A stretch of DNA of 64,000 bases from an uncultured Candidatus Rokubacteria bacterium (GCA_963747235.1 CAVVEU010000015.1:32001-96000); one strand, 5' to 3'; positions 36,731 through 47,471 are shown, counted from the first letter of the stretch. Notes: generated by a model not told the origin, from the sequence alone. Numbers and translations are program-made.

Positions 36731-38008
36731 CTACCAGTCGAGGCGGGACTCGAGGACCACGCCGCGGCGCAGGTTCAGCCAGCGGGTGAAGCGCACCACC
36801 TGGAAGAATCCCCAGAGCGACAGGCGCAGGTGCCTCGGCAGGGCGCCGAACGAGCCGCCCGCGAGCACGCCGGTGACCGCGGGGACCATGCCGAGCACGT
36901 TGCGCGGGCGCAGGAAGACCTCGAGGAAGGCGCGATCGTAGAAGGACTCGATGAAGCGCTCGAAGGGGCGCGTGCCCCGGCGCACCGCGCGCTCGTAGGC
37001 GCGGAAGCGTTTGGCCTCGAACCGGTCGGCCTGGAAGGCGCGCAGGATCGCGCCCGCGGCCAGCTCGCCCGACTGCATGGCCAGGAACACCCCGGGCGAG
37101 AAGATCGGGTCCACGAAGGCCACCGCGTCGCCGACGCACAGGAATCGGTCGCCCACCACCGGCTCGATCGAGTAGGCGAAGTTCGAGGTGGTGTAGAGCT
37201 CGGTGACCCGCTCGGCGCCCTGGAGATTGTCGTGGACCGCGTGGCAGCGCTCGACCATGTCGTCGAACAGCTCCTGGAGCGAGCCGCGGCGCGCCTTGAC
37301 CACCTTCTGGTGGAGCACGCAGCCCACGCTCGTCTCGTCGCGGGCGAGCGGGATGTACCAGAACCAGCCTTCCGGGAAGATGTGGATGCGGACGTGGCCT
37401 TCCTCGCGGCCGGGGAAGCGGCGGGCGCCCTTGAAGTAGGCGAAGATGGCCACCTTGCCCAGGCCCGGCCGCGGCTTCCGCTGCCCCTGGCGCGCGGCCA
37501 GGAACGCGTCGCGGCCGCTCGCGTCCACCAGGAAGCGCGCGCGCAGTGGGCGCTCGGCCTCGCCCAGGCTCACGCGCGCGGTGACGCCGTCCGCGTCGAA
37601 GGCGACCTTCTCGACGGTGGCGGGCTGCAGCCGCGTCACCCCTTGCTCCACCGCGTGGTCGAGGAGGATCTGGTCGAACTCGGCCCGGTGCACGTCGAGC
37701 GTGAAGGCGGGCCACGGCCGGCCGGGCTTGAAGTCGAAGGTGGAGGAGAGGCCCAGCTCCTGGTCGTGGAACGTGGCGCCGTACTTCATCTGGAAGCCGT
37801 GCGCGAGCACCCGGTCGAGCACGCCCAGGCGGCGGCAGATATCCATGCACGTCGGGATCAGGGACTCGCCGACCTTGAAGCGCGGGAAGGCCTCGCGCTC
37901 CACCAGGGTGACGCGCAGTCCGCCCTGGGCGAGAAAAGCCGCGGCGGTGCTGCCGCCCGGCCCGCCGCCCACGACCAGCACGTCGGCGTCATGAGAAGAC
38001 CTGCTCAC
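36731..38008 (-). CDS. Flavin-dependent halogenase-family oxidoreductase
   Basis: GGGPGGS, FPRFKVGES, FQMKYGA (conserved Lys), DASGRD, GWFWYIPL (WxWxIP), GDAVAFVDPIFSPGV; GTG start 7 nt after TAAGAT. Confidence 0.8.
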   Translation of the reverse strand: MSRSSHDADVLVVGGGPGGSTAAAFLAQGGLRVTLVEREAFPRFKVGESLIPTCMDICRRLGVLDRVLAHGFQMKYGATFHDQELGLSSTFDFKPGRPWPAFTLDVHRAEFDQILLDHAVEQGVTRLQPATVEKVAFDADGVTARVSLGEAERPLRARFLVDASGRDAFLAARQGQRKPRPGLGKVAIFAYFKGARRFPGREEGHVRIHIFPEGWFWYIPLARDETSVGCVLHQKVVKARRGSLQELFDDMVERCHAVHDNLQGAERVTELYTTSNFAYSIEPVVGDRFLCVGDAVAFVDPIFSPGVFLAMQSGELAAGAILRAFQADRFEAKRFRAYERAVRRGTRPFERFIESFYDRAFLEVFLRPRNVLGMVPAVTGVLAGGSFGALPRHLRLSLWGFFQVVRFTRWLNLRRGVVLESRLDW

Positions 38009-38111
38009 GCCCGGCATCTTACCCGATCCCCCAGGCGACCCGCGAGCCCCCGAGGGAGGCGGTTTGCCGCCCCCCGGTCGGGCATGCTAGCGTCGGCCCC
38101 TGGAGCCCCCG

Positions 38112-38546
38112 ATGACCGACATTCGCATCGTGTCCGACCCGCATGCCTCCGAGAGCCTCAAGCAGGTCGTGACGGACCACCTCGACGCCTATAACATCGC
38201 GATCACCGGATTTCAGGAGTACTCCCCGGTCAATCTCTTCCTCCGGGACGCGGGTGACGAGGTGGTGGGCGGGCTGCTCGCCGCGATCTGGGGGGGCGTT
38301 CTCTTCATCCGCATCCTCTGGGTCAGCGACGCGCTGCGCGGCCAGGGCTTCGGCCGGCGCCTGATGGAGATGGCCGAGCGCCGCGGCGTGGAGCGTGGCT
38401 GCCGTCACGTCTTCGTGGACACGTTCAGCTTCCAGGCCCCCGGATTCTACGAGAAGCTCGGGTACCGGATCTACGCCCGCGCGGACGACTGGCCGATCGG
38501 TCATGCCCACCATTTCCTCAGGAAGGATCTTCCGACCGCCCCATGA
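38112..38546 (+). CDS. GNAT-family acetyltransferase
   Basis: LWVSDALRGQGFGRRLM, DTFSFQAPGFYEKLGY. Confidence 0.9.
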   Translation: MTDIRIVSDPHASESLKQVVTDHLDAYNIAITGFQEYSPVNLFLRDAGDEVVGGLLAAIWGGVLFIRILWVSDALRGQGFGRRLMEMAERRGVERGCRHVFVDTFSFQAPGFYEKLGYRIYARADDWPIGHAHHFLRKDLPTAP

Positions 38547-38953
38547 TCAAGCTCGTGTTCTGTGTTCGCCGCCTCCCCAACTTCTCCCGCGAGGAGTTCC
38601 AGCGCTACTGGCTCGATACCCACGGCCCACTCGTGCTGGAGCTGGCCCCCGCGCTGGGGGTGAAGCGCTACACCCAGGTGCACACGGTGACGTCCGCCTT
38701 CAGCGAGGCGATGCGCCGCCACCGCGGCGCGCCGGAGGACTTCGACGGCGTGGCCGAGCTCTGGTGGGACACGGTGGAGGAGTTCGCCCGCGCGGGCGCG
38801 ACACCCGAGGGCCGCGCGGCGGGGCGCCGGCTCCTGGAAGATGAAAAACGCTTCATCGATCTCCCGCGCTCGCCGATCTGGTTCGGCGAGGAGCACACGC
38901 TGGTCGACCTGACCGCTAGCGCGGGTAGCCGAGGGCCTTCAGCGAGTCGCTGA
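38543..38953 (+). CDS. EthD-domain protein
   Basis: MIKLVFCVRR...SREEFQRYWLDTHGPL, FDGVAELWW, DEKRFID. Confidence 0.85.
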   Translation: MIKLVFCVRRLPNFSREEFQRYWLDTHGPLVLELAPALGVKRYTQVHTVTSAFSEAMRRHRGAPEDFDGVAELWWDTVEEFARAGATPEGRAAGRRLLEDEKRFIDLPRSPIWFGEEHTLVDLTASAGSRGPSASR

Positions 38954-40813
38954 TCTCGGCGAGGATCGCGGGGTCGTCGATGGTGGCGGGCACGGTGTGC
39001 TCGACGCCATCGGCGATCTTCTTCATGGTTCCGCGCAGGATCTTGCCCGAGCGGGTCTTGGGCAGCCGCTTCACCACCGCCACCGTCTTGAACGCGGCGA
39101 CCGGCCCGATCTTCTCGCGCACCAGCTCCACCAGCTCGCGGCAGAGGTCGGCGTCGGCGCGCGCCACGCCCGCCTTGGTGACCACGAGCCCCACCGGCAC
39201 CTCGCCCTTGATCTCGTCGGCCACGCCCATCACCGCGCACTCGGCCACGTCCGGATGCGCGGAGAGCACCTCCTCCATGGCGCCGGTGGAGAGCCGGTGC
39301 CCGGCCACGTTGATGATGTCGTCCACGCGGCTCATGATGTAGATGTACTCGTCCTCGTCCTTGTAGCCCGCGTCCCCGGTGAGGTAGTAGCCCGGATGCC
39401 GCGTGAGGTACGAGCGCTCGAAGCCCTCGTCGTTGTGCCAGAGCGTGGGCAGGCTGCTGGGCGGCATCGGCAGCTTCACCGCGATGGATCCGATCTGGCC
39501 CGCCGGCATCTCCCGGTTGTCCTCGCCCAGCACGCGGATGTCGTAGCCCGGCACGACCTTGGTCGGCGAGCCCGGCTTGACCGGCAGCATCCCGAGCCCC
39601 ACGCAGTTGGCCGCCATCGGCCAGCCGGTCTCGGTCTGCCACCAGTGGTCCACCACCGGGACCTGGAGCTTCTCGCGCGCCCAGAGCAGGGTGTCGGGAT
39701 CGCAGCGCTCCCCGGCCAGGAACAGCGTGCGGAAGCGCGAGAGATCGTACTTGCCGATGTGGGCGCCCTGCGGGTCCTCCTTCTTGATCGCGCGGAAGGC
39801 GGTGGGCGCGGTGAACAGCGCGCTCACCCCGTGCTGGGCGCAGACGCGCCAGAACGCGCCGGGATCGGGCGTGCCCACCGGCTTGCCCTCGTAGAGGATC
39901 GTGGTGCAGCCCTTGAGGAGCGGCGCGTAGACGATGTAGGAGTGGCCCGACCACCCAGCCGATGTCGGAGGCGGCCCAGAACGTCTCCCCCGCCCCCATG
40001 CCGTAGACCGCGTCCATGCTCCACTTGAGCGCGACCGCGTGGCCGCCGTTGTCGCGGACCACGCCCTTGGGAATGCCGGTGGTGCCCGACGTGTACAGGA
40101 TGTAGAGCGGATCCGTCGCGGCCACCGGCACGCACTCGACGGGCCCGGCCGCCGCGACCGCCTCGCCCCACTCCACGTCGCGGCCCGGCACGAAGCGTCG
40201 CAGCCTCCATCGGCCGCTGCAGGATCACGCAGCGCGACGGCTTGTGCGCGGCCATCGCGATGGCCTGGTCCAGGAGCGGCTTGTAGGGAATCACCCGGCT
40301 GCCCTCGATGCCGCAGGAGGCCGACAGCATCACCTTCGGCTTCGCGTCGTCGATGCGGGTGGCCAGCTCCTTGGGCGCGAAGCCGCCGAACACCACCGAG
40401 TGGATCGCCCCGATGCGCGCGCACGCGAGCATCGCGATCACGGCCTCGGGCACCGCCGGCATGTAGATGATGACGCGGTCGCCCTTCTCCACCCCCAGCC
40501 GCCGCAGCGCCCCCGCGAAGCGCGCGACCGCGTCGCGCAGCTCGAAGTAGGTGAACGTGCGAACGGTGCCGGTCACCGGGGAGTCGTAGATGAGCGCGGT
40601 CTGCTTGCCGCGGCCGCGGTCCACGTGGAGATCGAGCGCGTTGTAGCAGGTGTTGAGCACGCCGCCCGCGAACCAGCGGTAGTAGGGCGGGCGCGAGGCG
40701 TCGAGCACCCGGTCCCAGCGCTTCTCCCAGTGGATGTCCTCGGCGCGCGCGGCCCAGAAGCCCTCCGGGTCGTCGTGCGCGCGCCGGTACACCTCATCGT
40801 AGATCGTCGCCAT
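38916..40813 (-). CDS. prpE: Propionyl-CoA synthetase (AMP-forming); frameshifts near 39950 and 40195
   Basis: DPEGFW, LNTCYNALD, ACARIGAIHSVVFGGF, YILYTSGTTGIPKG, DHWWQTETG, YLTGDAG, LPKTRSGKILR. Confidence 0.88.
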
Positions 40814-40900
40814 GGATCGCCGCCTCCCTGGCCCCGGACTGTACAACGCGCCGCCCCGCCTTGCCAGCGCCGGGCCCGCCGCCCTATGATCCGTGGAGCC

Positions 40901-41701
40901 ATGCGCCCGCGTCTCGTCGCTGTCACCATCGCCATGTCGCTGCTGGCCGCCGCGCTCCCCGGGTCGGCCGCGCGGGCCGCCGACGAGGAGGTCCGCACGA
41001 TCCCGGCGCGCGCGGGTGTCACCGAGTCGTTCCTCCTGCTGCGCCCGGCCGGCGCCCCGGTGGCCAGCGTGATCATCTTCGCGGGCGGCGACGGCAACCT
41101 GGCGATGACCGCCGACGGCATCGCCCAGCTCCAGGGCAATTTCCTCGTGCGGACCCGGATGCGCTGGGTCCGCGAGGGGTTCCTGGTCGCCATCCTGGAC
41201 CGGCCCTCCGACCGGAAGAACGGACTGTGGAACTTCCGCACGACCTCCGACCACGCGGCCGACGTCAAGCAGGCCATCGCGGCGATGCGCGAGCTCGCCC
41301 GCGTGCCGGTGTGGCTCGTGGGCACCAGCATGGGCTCGCTCTCCGCGGCCAACGCGGCGGCCCGGCTCGCCGACGGCGGGCCCGACGGCATCGTGCTCAC
41401 CTCCTCGGTCACCGAGCCCTCGAAGGTGAGCTACGAGACCACGCGGCACGCCGGGCTCGGCGACATCCGCGTGCCCACTCTGGTGGTCCACCACAAGGAC
41501 GACACCTGCCGGGCCTCGCCCTTCTCGGGCGCGGAGGACATCCTGAAGGCGCTGAAGCGGGCGCCGGTCAAGGAGCTGATGGCCTTCGAGGGCGGGAGCC
41601 CGGCCATCTCGCAGCCGTGCGAGGCGAAGGCCCCCCACGGCTATCTCGGGATCGAGGCGCAGGTGGTCCCGGCGATCGGCGCCTGGATCCGCGCCCACTG
41701 A
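40901..41701 (+). CDS. Secreted alpha/beta hydrolase
   Basis: Signal peptide; GTSMG nucleophile; HHKDDTC; PHGYLGIE. Confidence 0.82.
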   Translation: MRPRLVAVTIAMSLLAAALPGSAARAADEEVRTIPARAGVTESFLLLRPAGAPVASVIIFAGGDGNLAMTADGIAQLQGNFLVRTRMRWVREGFLVAILDRPSDRKNGLWNFRTTSDHAADVKQAIAAMRELARVPVWLVGTSMGSLSAANAAARLADGGPDGIVLTSSVTEPSKVSYETTRHAGLGDIRVPTLVVHHKDDTCRASPFSGAEDILKALKRAPVKELMAFEGGSPAISQPCEAKAPHGYLGIEAQVVPAIGAWIRAH

Positions 41702-41723
41702 CGGACGGCGCGCGCGCGCCGCG

Positions 41724-43112
41724 CTAGACGGTCGCGGACGCGGACGGGGTCTGGCGCGTGCGGCGGATGCGGGCCTGGATGTCGCGCACCCGGTCCTGCT
41801 CGAAGTCGATCTGCACCTCGTGGTTCTCCATCTCCCAGTGGCTCACGGTGGCGAACCAGCCGAACCGCCGGCCGCGGTGCGGCACCAGGCGCTCGCCGCG
41901 GTAGATCACCGCGCGGATCTCGCCCGACGGCAGGCGCTGCTCCTCCTCGGGCGCGCTGCCCACCAGCCGGATCACGTCCTCGTAGGTGGACTCGCCGGGC
42001 CGGATGCGCGCGAGCACCTCCTGCGACGGCACCTCGCCGCGGGCCCGCCCGGTGGCCTCGCCGCGCCCGACGTGCACCCGGTCGCGCAGGGTCCGGATGA
42101 GCTTGCGGAGCACGTTGCCGACGATCGGCCCGGTGAGATTGCCCAGGCCCAGCAGCAGCGCGGAGAGGAGGATGGGCCGCCAGGGCAGCCGCCCCTGGAA
42201 GTAGACGAACTGCACCTTCAGCACCTGCGGCACGATGCCGTCCGCGGCGATGAGGGGGATCGAGAACGTGTCCGTGTTCTCCCGCGTCTCGCTCAGCCGG
42301 CGGAGCGCGGTGGCCGGGATCACCTCGTCGATCTTGAGGTGGTTCGCCTCCGCGAAGTTGATCATGAGGCGGGAGAAGTCGGCCGCGAGCGGGATGACGC
42401 GGTCGCGGTTGCCGTAGTAGAGCGGGTAGAGCGAGGAGTAGCCGACGTCGCCGAAGCTCAGCGTGATGATGTTGCGCCGGCCCCAGAACGCCTCTTCCAA
42501 CCAGCTGACCCTTCGCGGCGTGATGGCGCCCTTGGCCGCGAGCTCGAGCCGCGGGATCCAGTCGAGGCTCGCCAGCTCGGGCTTCCACGGGATGCGGATG
42601 TAGGTCGCGGGCTTCGCGCCCCGGGCGAGCCCCTCCGGCCGCGCGAAGGTGACGAAGAAGGCGCTCCCGAGATCGCGCCGGCCGGCCGCGCCCGCGCCGG
42701 TGCCCATCTGGAGCCGGTCGCGGGCCGAGAACGGGACGCGGCCGTGCACGAGCACCTTGAAGCCGGCGGTCTCCACCTGCTTCCTCAGCGCGGGATCGGC
42801 GCCGTCGACGCCGTCGGTGCCGACCAGCTCACCCGGCCAGAGGAGGAAGATGTCCTGGGCGAACTCGGACGGGTCGCGCGCCGGCGGCGGCGCCACGCTG
42901 AACGACACGATGATCGAGAGCGGGCCGGGACGGTCGTCCACGTGCCGGCGCTCGACGTTCGCGGTGATGAGGACCGGCGCGATCCAGAACTCGGGATGGG
43001 GCTTGGACGCGATGAAGACCTGCGCGGAGGCGATCGCGGGGCAGAGGCCAAGGGCCCCCGTGATCCAGATCGCCGCCGCGACCGCGCGCGTCAGGCGCCG
43101 GTGACGGATCAC
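41724..43112 (-). CDS. Hypothetical exported/membrane protein with C-terminal SmpA/BamE-like segment
   Basis: Signal peptide ending ASA-Q, TM ILLSALLLGLG, LARIRPGESTYEDVIRLVG; GTGA coupling to upstream gene. Confidence 0.65.
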   Translation of the reverse strand: MIRHRRLTRAVAAAIWITGALGLCPAIASAQVFIASKPHPEFWIAPVLITANVERRHVDDRPGPLSIIVSFSVAPPPARDPSEFAQDIFLLWPGELVGTDGVDGADPALRKQVETAGFKVLVHGRVPFSARDRLQMGTGAGAAGRRDLGSAFFVTFARPEGLARGAKPATYIRIPWKPELASLDWIPRLELAAKGAITPRRVSWLEEAFWGRRNIITLSFGDVGYSSLYPLYYGNRDRVIPLAADFSRLMINFAEANHLKIDEVIPATALRRLSETRENTDTFSIPLIAADGIVPQVLKVQFVYFQGRLPWRPILLSALLLGLGNLTGPIVGNVLRKLIRTLRDRVHVGRGEATGRARGEVPSQEVLARIRPGESTYEDVIRLVGSAPEEEQRLPSGEIRAVIYRGERLVPHRGRRFGWFATVSHWEMENHEVQIDFEQDRVRDIQARIRRTRQTPSASATV

Positions 43113-44130
43113 CGGGTCGGGTCCTCCCCCACGCGCACGAGCAGCTTGCCGAAGTTCTTGCCCTGCAGGAGCCCGATGAAGGCCTCCGGCGCCTTCTCGA
43201 GGCCGACCACGACGTCCTCGCGGTGCTTGAGCCGGCCCTCGCGCACCCAGCCGCCGCAGTCCTTCAGGAAATCGGGCAGCCGGGCCAGGTGGTCCGAGAC
43301 GATGAAGCCCTTCACGAGCACGCGGTTGAAGAGCAGCGGACGCAGGTTCGGGCCGGGCACCGAGTCGGTCGCGTTGTACTCGGAGATGAGCCCGCAGAGG
43401 GGGATGCGCGCGTTCATGTTGAGGAGCTGCATCACCGCGGCCAGCACGTCGCCGCCCACGTTCTCGAAGTACACGTCGATGCCGCTTCGGGCAGGCGTCC
43501 CTGAGCGCGGCGAGGAGATCGCCCGTCTTGTAGTTCACGCAGGCGTCGAAGCCGAGCTCGCGCACGACGTAGTCGCACTTGTCCTGGGAGCCCGCGATGC
43601 CCACCGCGCGGGCGCCCTTGATCTTCGCGATCTGCCCCACCGCGGAGCCCGACCGCGCCGGAGGCCGCCGAGACCACCACCGTCTCGCCGGGCTTCGGCT
43701 GGCCGATGTCGAGGAGGCCCACGTAGGCGGTCATGCCGGGCATGCCGAGCACGCCCAGCGCGGTGGACACCGGCGCCTGCTTCGGATCGAGCGTGCGCAC
43801 CGCCGCGCCGGGAGCCACCGCGTGGGATTGCCAGCCGGCGTAGCCCTGCACGATATCGCCCTTCGCGAGGCCCGGGTGCTTCGACTCGAGCACTTCCCCG
43901 ACGGTGGCGCCCACGATCACCTGCCCGAGCTCCACCGACTGCGCGTACGACTTGGCGCCGCTGATGCGGCCGCGCATGTACGGATCGAGCGAGAGGTAGA
44001 TGGTCCGGGTCAGGATCTCGCCGTCCTTCGGCGCGGGCAGCGGCGACTCGACGAGGTCGAAGTCGGCGGGCTTCGGCATGCCGACGGGACGGCGGCGGAG
44101 CACGATCTGGCGGTTCACGGATGCGGGCAT
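43109..44130 (-). CDS. NADP-dependent oxidoreductase (CurA/prostaglandin reductase-like MDR); two frameshifts
   Basis: YLSLDPYMRGR, LGVLGMPGMTAYVGL, VSAASGAVG, YFENVGG, LCGLISEYN, GKNFGKLLV. Confidence 0.88.
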
Positions 44131-44155
44131 GGCCTGGCTCCTCGTGGCGCGCCGG

Positions 44156-45148
44156 TCAGCGCGGGTCGTCGCCCCAGCGGTACTCGCGGGTCATCTCGTC
44201 GAGGCGCGCCTTGAGCGCGGCGTCCAGCGGCTTCTCGGTGGCGGGCAGCACGTCGTCGAGCTGCTCCGGGCGGCTCGCCCCCACGATCGGCGACGTGATC
44301 GCGGGCTCGGCCAGCATCCACGCCACCGCGAGCCGCGCGAGCGGCATGCCGGCCGCGGCGGCGAGCGGCCGCAAGCGCCTCCACGGTCTCGAACTCGCGC
44401 TCGTGCCAGTAGCGGTCCTGGTAGCGCTCCGCCGCGTTGCCGAGCGTGAAGCGGGTGCCCGCGGTGGGGCCGGCGTCCCGGCGATGCTTGCCCGAGAGGA
44501 AGCCGCCGGCCAGCGGGTTGTACGGGATCACCCCGATGCCCTCCTCGCGGCAGAGGGGCAGGAGCTCGCGCTCGGGCTGGCGGAAGAGCAGATTGTAGCG
44601 CGGCTGAACTGAATCGAAGCGCGTGAGGTTGAGCGCCTCGCTCGACCGAGGGCGCGCGCCACCTGGTAGGCGTGGAAGTTCGAGCAGCCGACGTAGCGCG
44701 CCTTCCCGGCCCGCACCACGTCGTCGAGCGCGCGCAAGGTCTCGTCGATCGGCGTCTGGGGGTCGAAATGGTGGAGCTGATAGAGATCCACGTAGTCGGT
44801 GCGCAGGCGGCGCAGCGAGCCGTCGATGGCGTCCAGGATGTGCTTGCGCGAGGCGCCGCGATCCCACGGCCGCGCGCTCATCGCGCCCACGCACTTGGTG
44901 GCCACCACGAAGTCCTGGCGGCGGCCCTCGAGCCAGCGGCCGACGATCTCCTCGGTGCGGCCCACCGTCTCGAGGCCGCCGCCCACCGGGTAGACGTCGG
45001 CGGTGTCGAGGAAGGTGATCCCGCCCGCCGCGGCGCGGTCGAGGATGGCGCGGGACGCCGCCTCGTCGCACTGCAGGCCGAAGGTCATGGTGCCCAGGCA
45101 GAGCCGCGAGACGGAGAGACCGGTGCGACCGAGACGCGTGTGGCGCAT
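44156..45148 (-). CDS. Aldo/keto reductase; two frameshifts
   Basis: LGRTGLSVSRLCLGTMTFG, DTADVY, ATK, DYVDLYQLH, PYNPLAGG, PIVGAS. Confidence 0.88.
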
Positions 45149-45222
45149 GGAGATCAAAGAGTAAACGACCCACCCGCGGCGGGCAAGCGGGCCGCGCGCG
45201 GACCGTGGTATAACCAGCGGCC

Positions 45223-46218
45223 ATGGAATACCGAACGCTGGGACGAACGGGATTGAAGGTCTCCGCGCTGGGCTTCGGCTGCGGCGACGTGGGCGGGCTC
45301 ATGGTGCGGGGCACGCCGGCCGAGCGGGAGCGCGGGGTCGCGCGCGCGCTGGAGCACGGGATCAACTACCTCGACACCGCGCCGGCCTACGGGTCGGGCG
45401 AGTCGGAGAAGAACCTGGGCCAGGTGCTGCGCGCGCTCAAGCCCACCGCGCCCACCGCGATCGTCGGCACCAAGTGGCGGCTCGTGGCCGCCGATCTGGC
45501 CGACGTGCCGGGCGCGGTCACGCGCTCCGTGGAGACGAGCCTCGCGCGGCTCGGGCTCGAGCGGGTGGACCTGCTGCATCTCCACAACCTGATCGGGCGC
45601 GTGGGCGAGGAGCGGCCGCTCGGGGTGGCGCGCGTGCTGGAGGCGGTGGTGCCGGCGGTGCGGCGGCTGCAGGAGCAGGGCAAGGTGCGCTTCTTCGGGG
45701 TCACCGCCTCCGGCGAGACCGGCGCGCTCCATCGCGCGCTGGCGAGCGGGGCGATCGACACCGCGCAGGTGGTGTTCAACCTGCTGAACCCGACGGGGGC
45801 GTACGCGCTACCGGTCGGCTATCCCGCGCAGGACTACGATCGGCTGCTGGTGCTCGCGCGCGAGCAGGGCGTGGGCACCATCGGCATCCGGGTGCTCGCG
45901 GGGGGCGCGCTCAGCGGGCAGGCGGCGCGCCACCCGACCGCGATTCCGAGCGTGGCCCCGATCGCCTCGGGCCCCGACTACGCCACCGACGTGGCCCGGG
46001 CCCGCGCGCTCGAGCCGCTGGTGGCCCAGGGCCACGCGGGCAGCGTCGTCGAGGCCGCGCTGCGCTTCGCGATCACGGGCGACGCCCTGTCCACCGTGCT
46101 GATCGGCTGCTCCGACCTCGCCCAGCTCGACTTCGCCGCCACCGCGGTCAACAAGGGCCCCCTCTCCCCCGCGGCCCTGTCCACGCTCAACGCCATCTGG
46201 AATGGGGTCAGGTCTTGA
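45223..46218 (+). CDS. Aldo/keto reductase
   Basis: LGRTGLKVSALGFGCG, DTAPAYG, GTK, VDLLHLHN. Confidence 0.88.
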   Translation: MEYRTLGRTGLKVSALGFGCGDVGGLMVRGTPAERERGVARALEHGINYLDTAPAYGSGESEKNLGQVLRALKPTAPTAIVGTKWRLVAADLADVPGAVTRSVETSLARLGLERVDLLHLHNLIGRVGEERPLGVARVLEAVVPAVRRLQEQGKVRFFGVTASGETGALHRALASGAIDTAQVVFNLLNPTGAYALPVGYPAQDYDRLLVLAREQGVGTIGIRVLAGGALSGQAARHPTAIPSVAPIASGPDYATDVARARALEPLVAQGHAGSVVEAALRFAITGDALSTVLIGCSDLAQLDFAATAVNKGPLSPAALSTLNAIWNGVRS

Positions 46219-46287
46219 ATTACGACATTTCCGCGCAGGGCTGACTCGCCCGGCGCGGGAAAATGTCGTAATTCAAGACCCGACCCC
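46204..46287. repeat. 27-bp inverted repeat (REP/MITE-like) between convergent genes
   Basis: GGGGTCAGGTCTTGAATTACGACATTT ... AAATGTCGTAATTCAAGACCCGACCCC with one mismatch; AT-rich relative to the window. Confidence 0.8.
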
Positions 46288-46290
46288 GGC

Positions 46291-47361
46291 TTAGCGGTTC
46301 GGGCCGCGGCCCATCGGGTAGGGCTGCCAGCGGATCAGGGAGGTCTTGGGGAGGACGCCGGGGTTGACCGCGGAGCGGGGCCACTTGCCCTGCAGCACGG
46401 TGGCGAGCTCGCGGCCGAGCCGCCGCCGCGTCTCGGGCGCCATGCGCGCGGTGGCGGAGGCGATGTGCGGGCTCACCAGCACGTTGTCCATGTGCAGCAG
46501 CGCGTTGTTGGGATCCACCGGCTCCACCTCGAACACGTCGAGCGCGGCGCCCGCGATCCAGCCCTGGCGGAGCGCGTCGGCCAGGGCCGCCTCGTTCACG
46601 GTCGGCCCCCGCCCGTTGTTGATGAAGATCGCGCTCTTCTTCATGGCGCGGAACTCACGCTCGCCCATCATGTGGCGCGTCTCGGAGTTGAGCGGCGCGT
46701 GCATGGACAGGAAGTCGGCGCGCTGGCACAGCTCGATCAGGCTCGTCACCGGCTCCACCCCCACCGCGGTCATCTCGAGCTCGGCGAGGAACGGGTCGAA
46801 GGCGATCACCCGCAGGCCGAAGGCGTGGCAGCGGCGCGCGACCGCCTTGGCCACGTTGCCGAACGAGATCAGGCTGATGGTCTGGCCGAAGAGCCGCGGG
46901 ATGTTCGTGAAGTACGGCCGCCCCTCGGTCCACTTGTTGTCGACGGTCAGCTGGTGCATCAAGCGGAGCCGGCGATGGGCGGCGAGGAACATGGCCATGG
47001 TGTGGTCGGCCACCTCGTCGATGAAGACGTCGGGCACGTTGGTGACCACGATGCCGGCCTCGGTGGCCGCGTCCACGTCCACCGTGTCCGCGCCCACGCT
47101 GCCGAGCCCGATGACCTTGCAGTTTTGCAGGCCCTTGATGATGGTCGCGGTGATGCGCCGGTTGCGCGCGATGACCGCGTCGGCGTCCTGGGCCGCCGCG
47201 ATGAACTCCTCCTCGGTCTTGGCCGGCACCTCGACGATCTCGGCGCCGATGGGATCGAGGGCCTCGCGCTCGATCGAGTAGGCCGAATCGGCCAGGTCAT
47301 AGGTGATGCCGCCCGACGGCTTCTGCACGACGATCTTGAACTTCCTGGCTCCGGCTGCCAT
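46291..47361 (-). CDS. D-isomer-specific 2-hydroxyacid dehydrogenase (CtBP-like)
   Basis: VTNVPD, EVADH, SFGNVA, HAPL, INNGRG, AALDVFEVEP, SPHIAS. Confidence 0.88.
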   Translation of the reverse strand: MAAGARKFKIVVQKPSGGITYDLADSAYSIEREALDPIGAEIVEVPAKTEEEFIAAAQDADAVIARNRRITATIIKGLQNCKVIGLGSVGADTVDVDAATEAGIVVTNVPDVFIDEVADHTMAMFLAAHRRLRLMHQLTVDNKWTEGRPYFTNIPRLFGQTISLISFGNVAKAVARRCHAFGLRVIAFDPFLAELEMTAVGVEPVTSLIELCQRADFLSMHAPLNSETRHMMGEREFRAMKKSAIFINNGRGPTVNEAALADALRQGWIAGAALDVFEVEPVDPNNALLHMDNVLVSPHIASATARMAPETRRRLGRELATVLQGKWPRSAVNPGVLPKTSLIRWQPYPMGRGPNR

Positions 47362-47471
47362 GCCGACGACCTCCTGGATGGTCTGGGGTGGGTATCGCGG
47401 TCCGCGGCCACCAAGCATACGCTCCCCCCGGCCCTGCCGTCGAGGCCCTCTTGTGCTAGGGTGGCGCTGCC

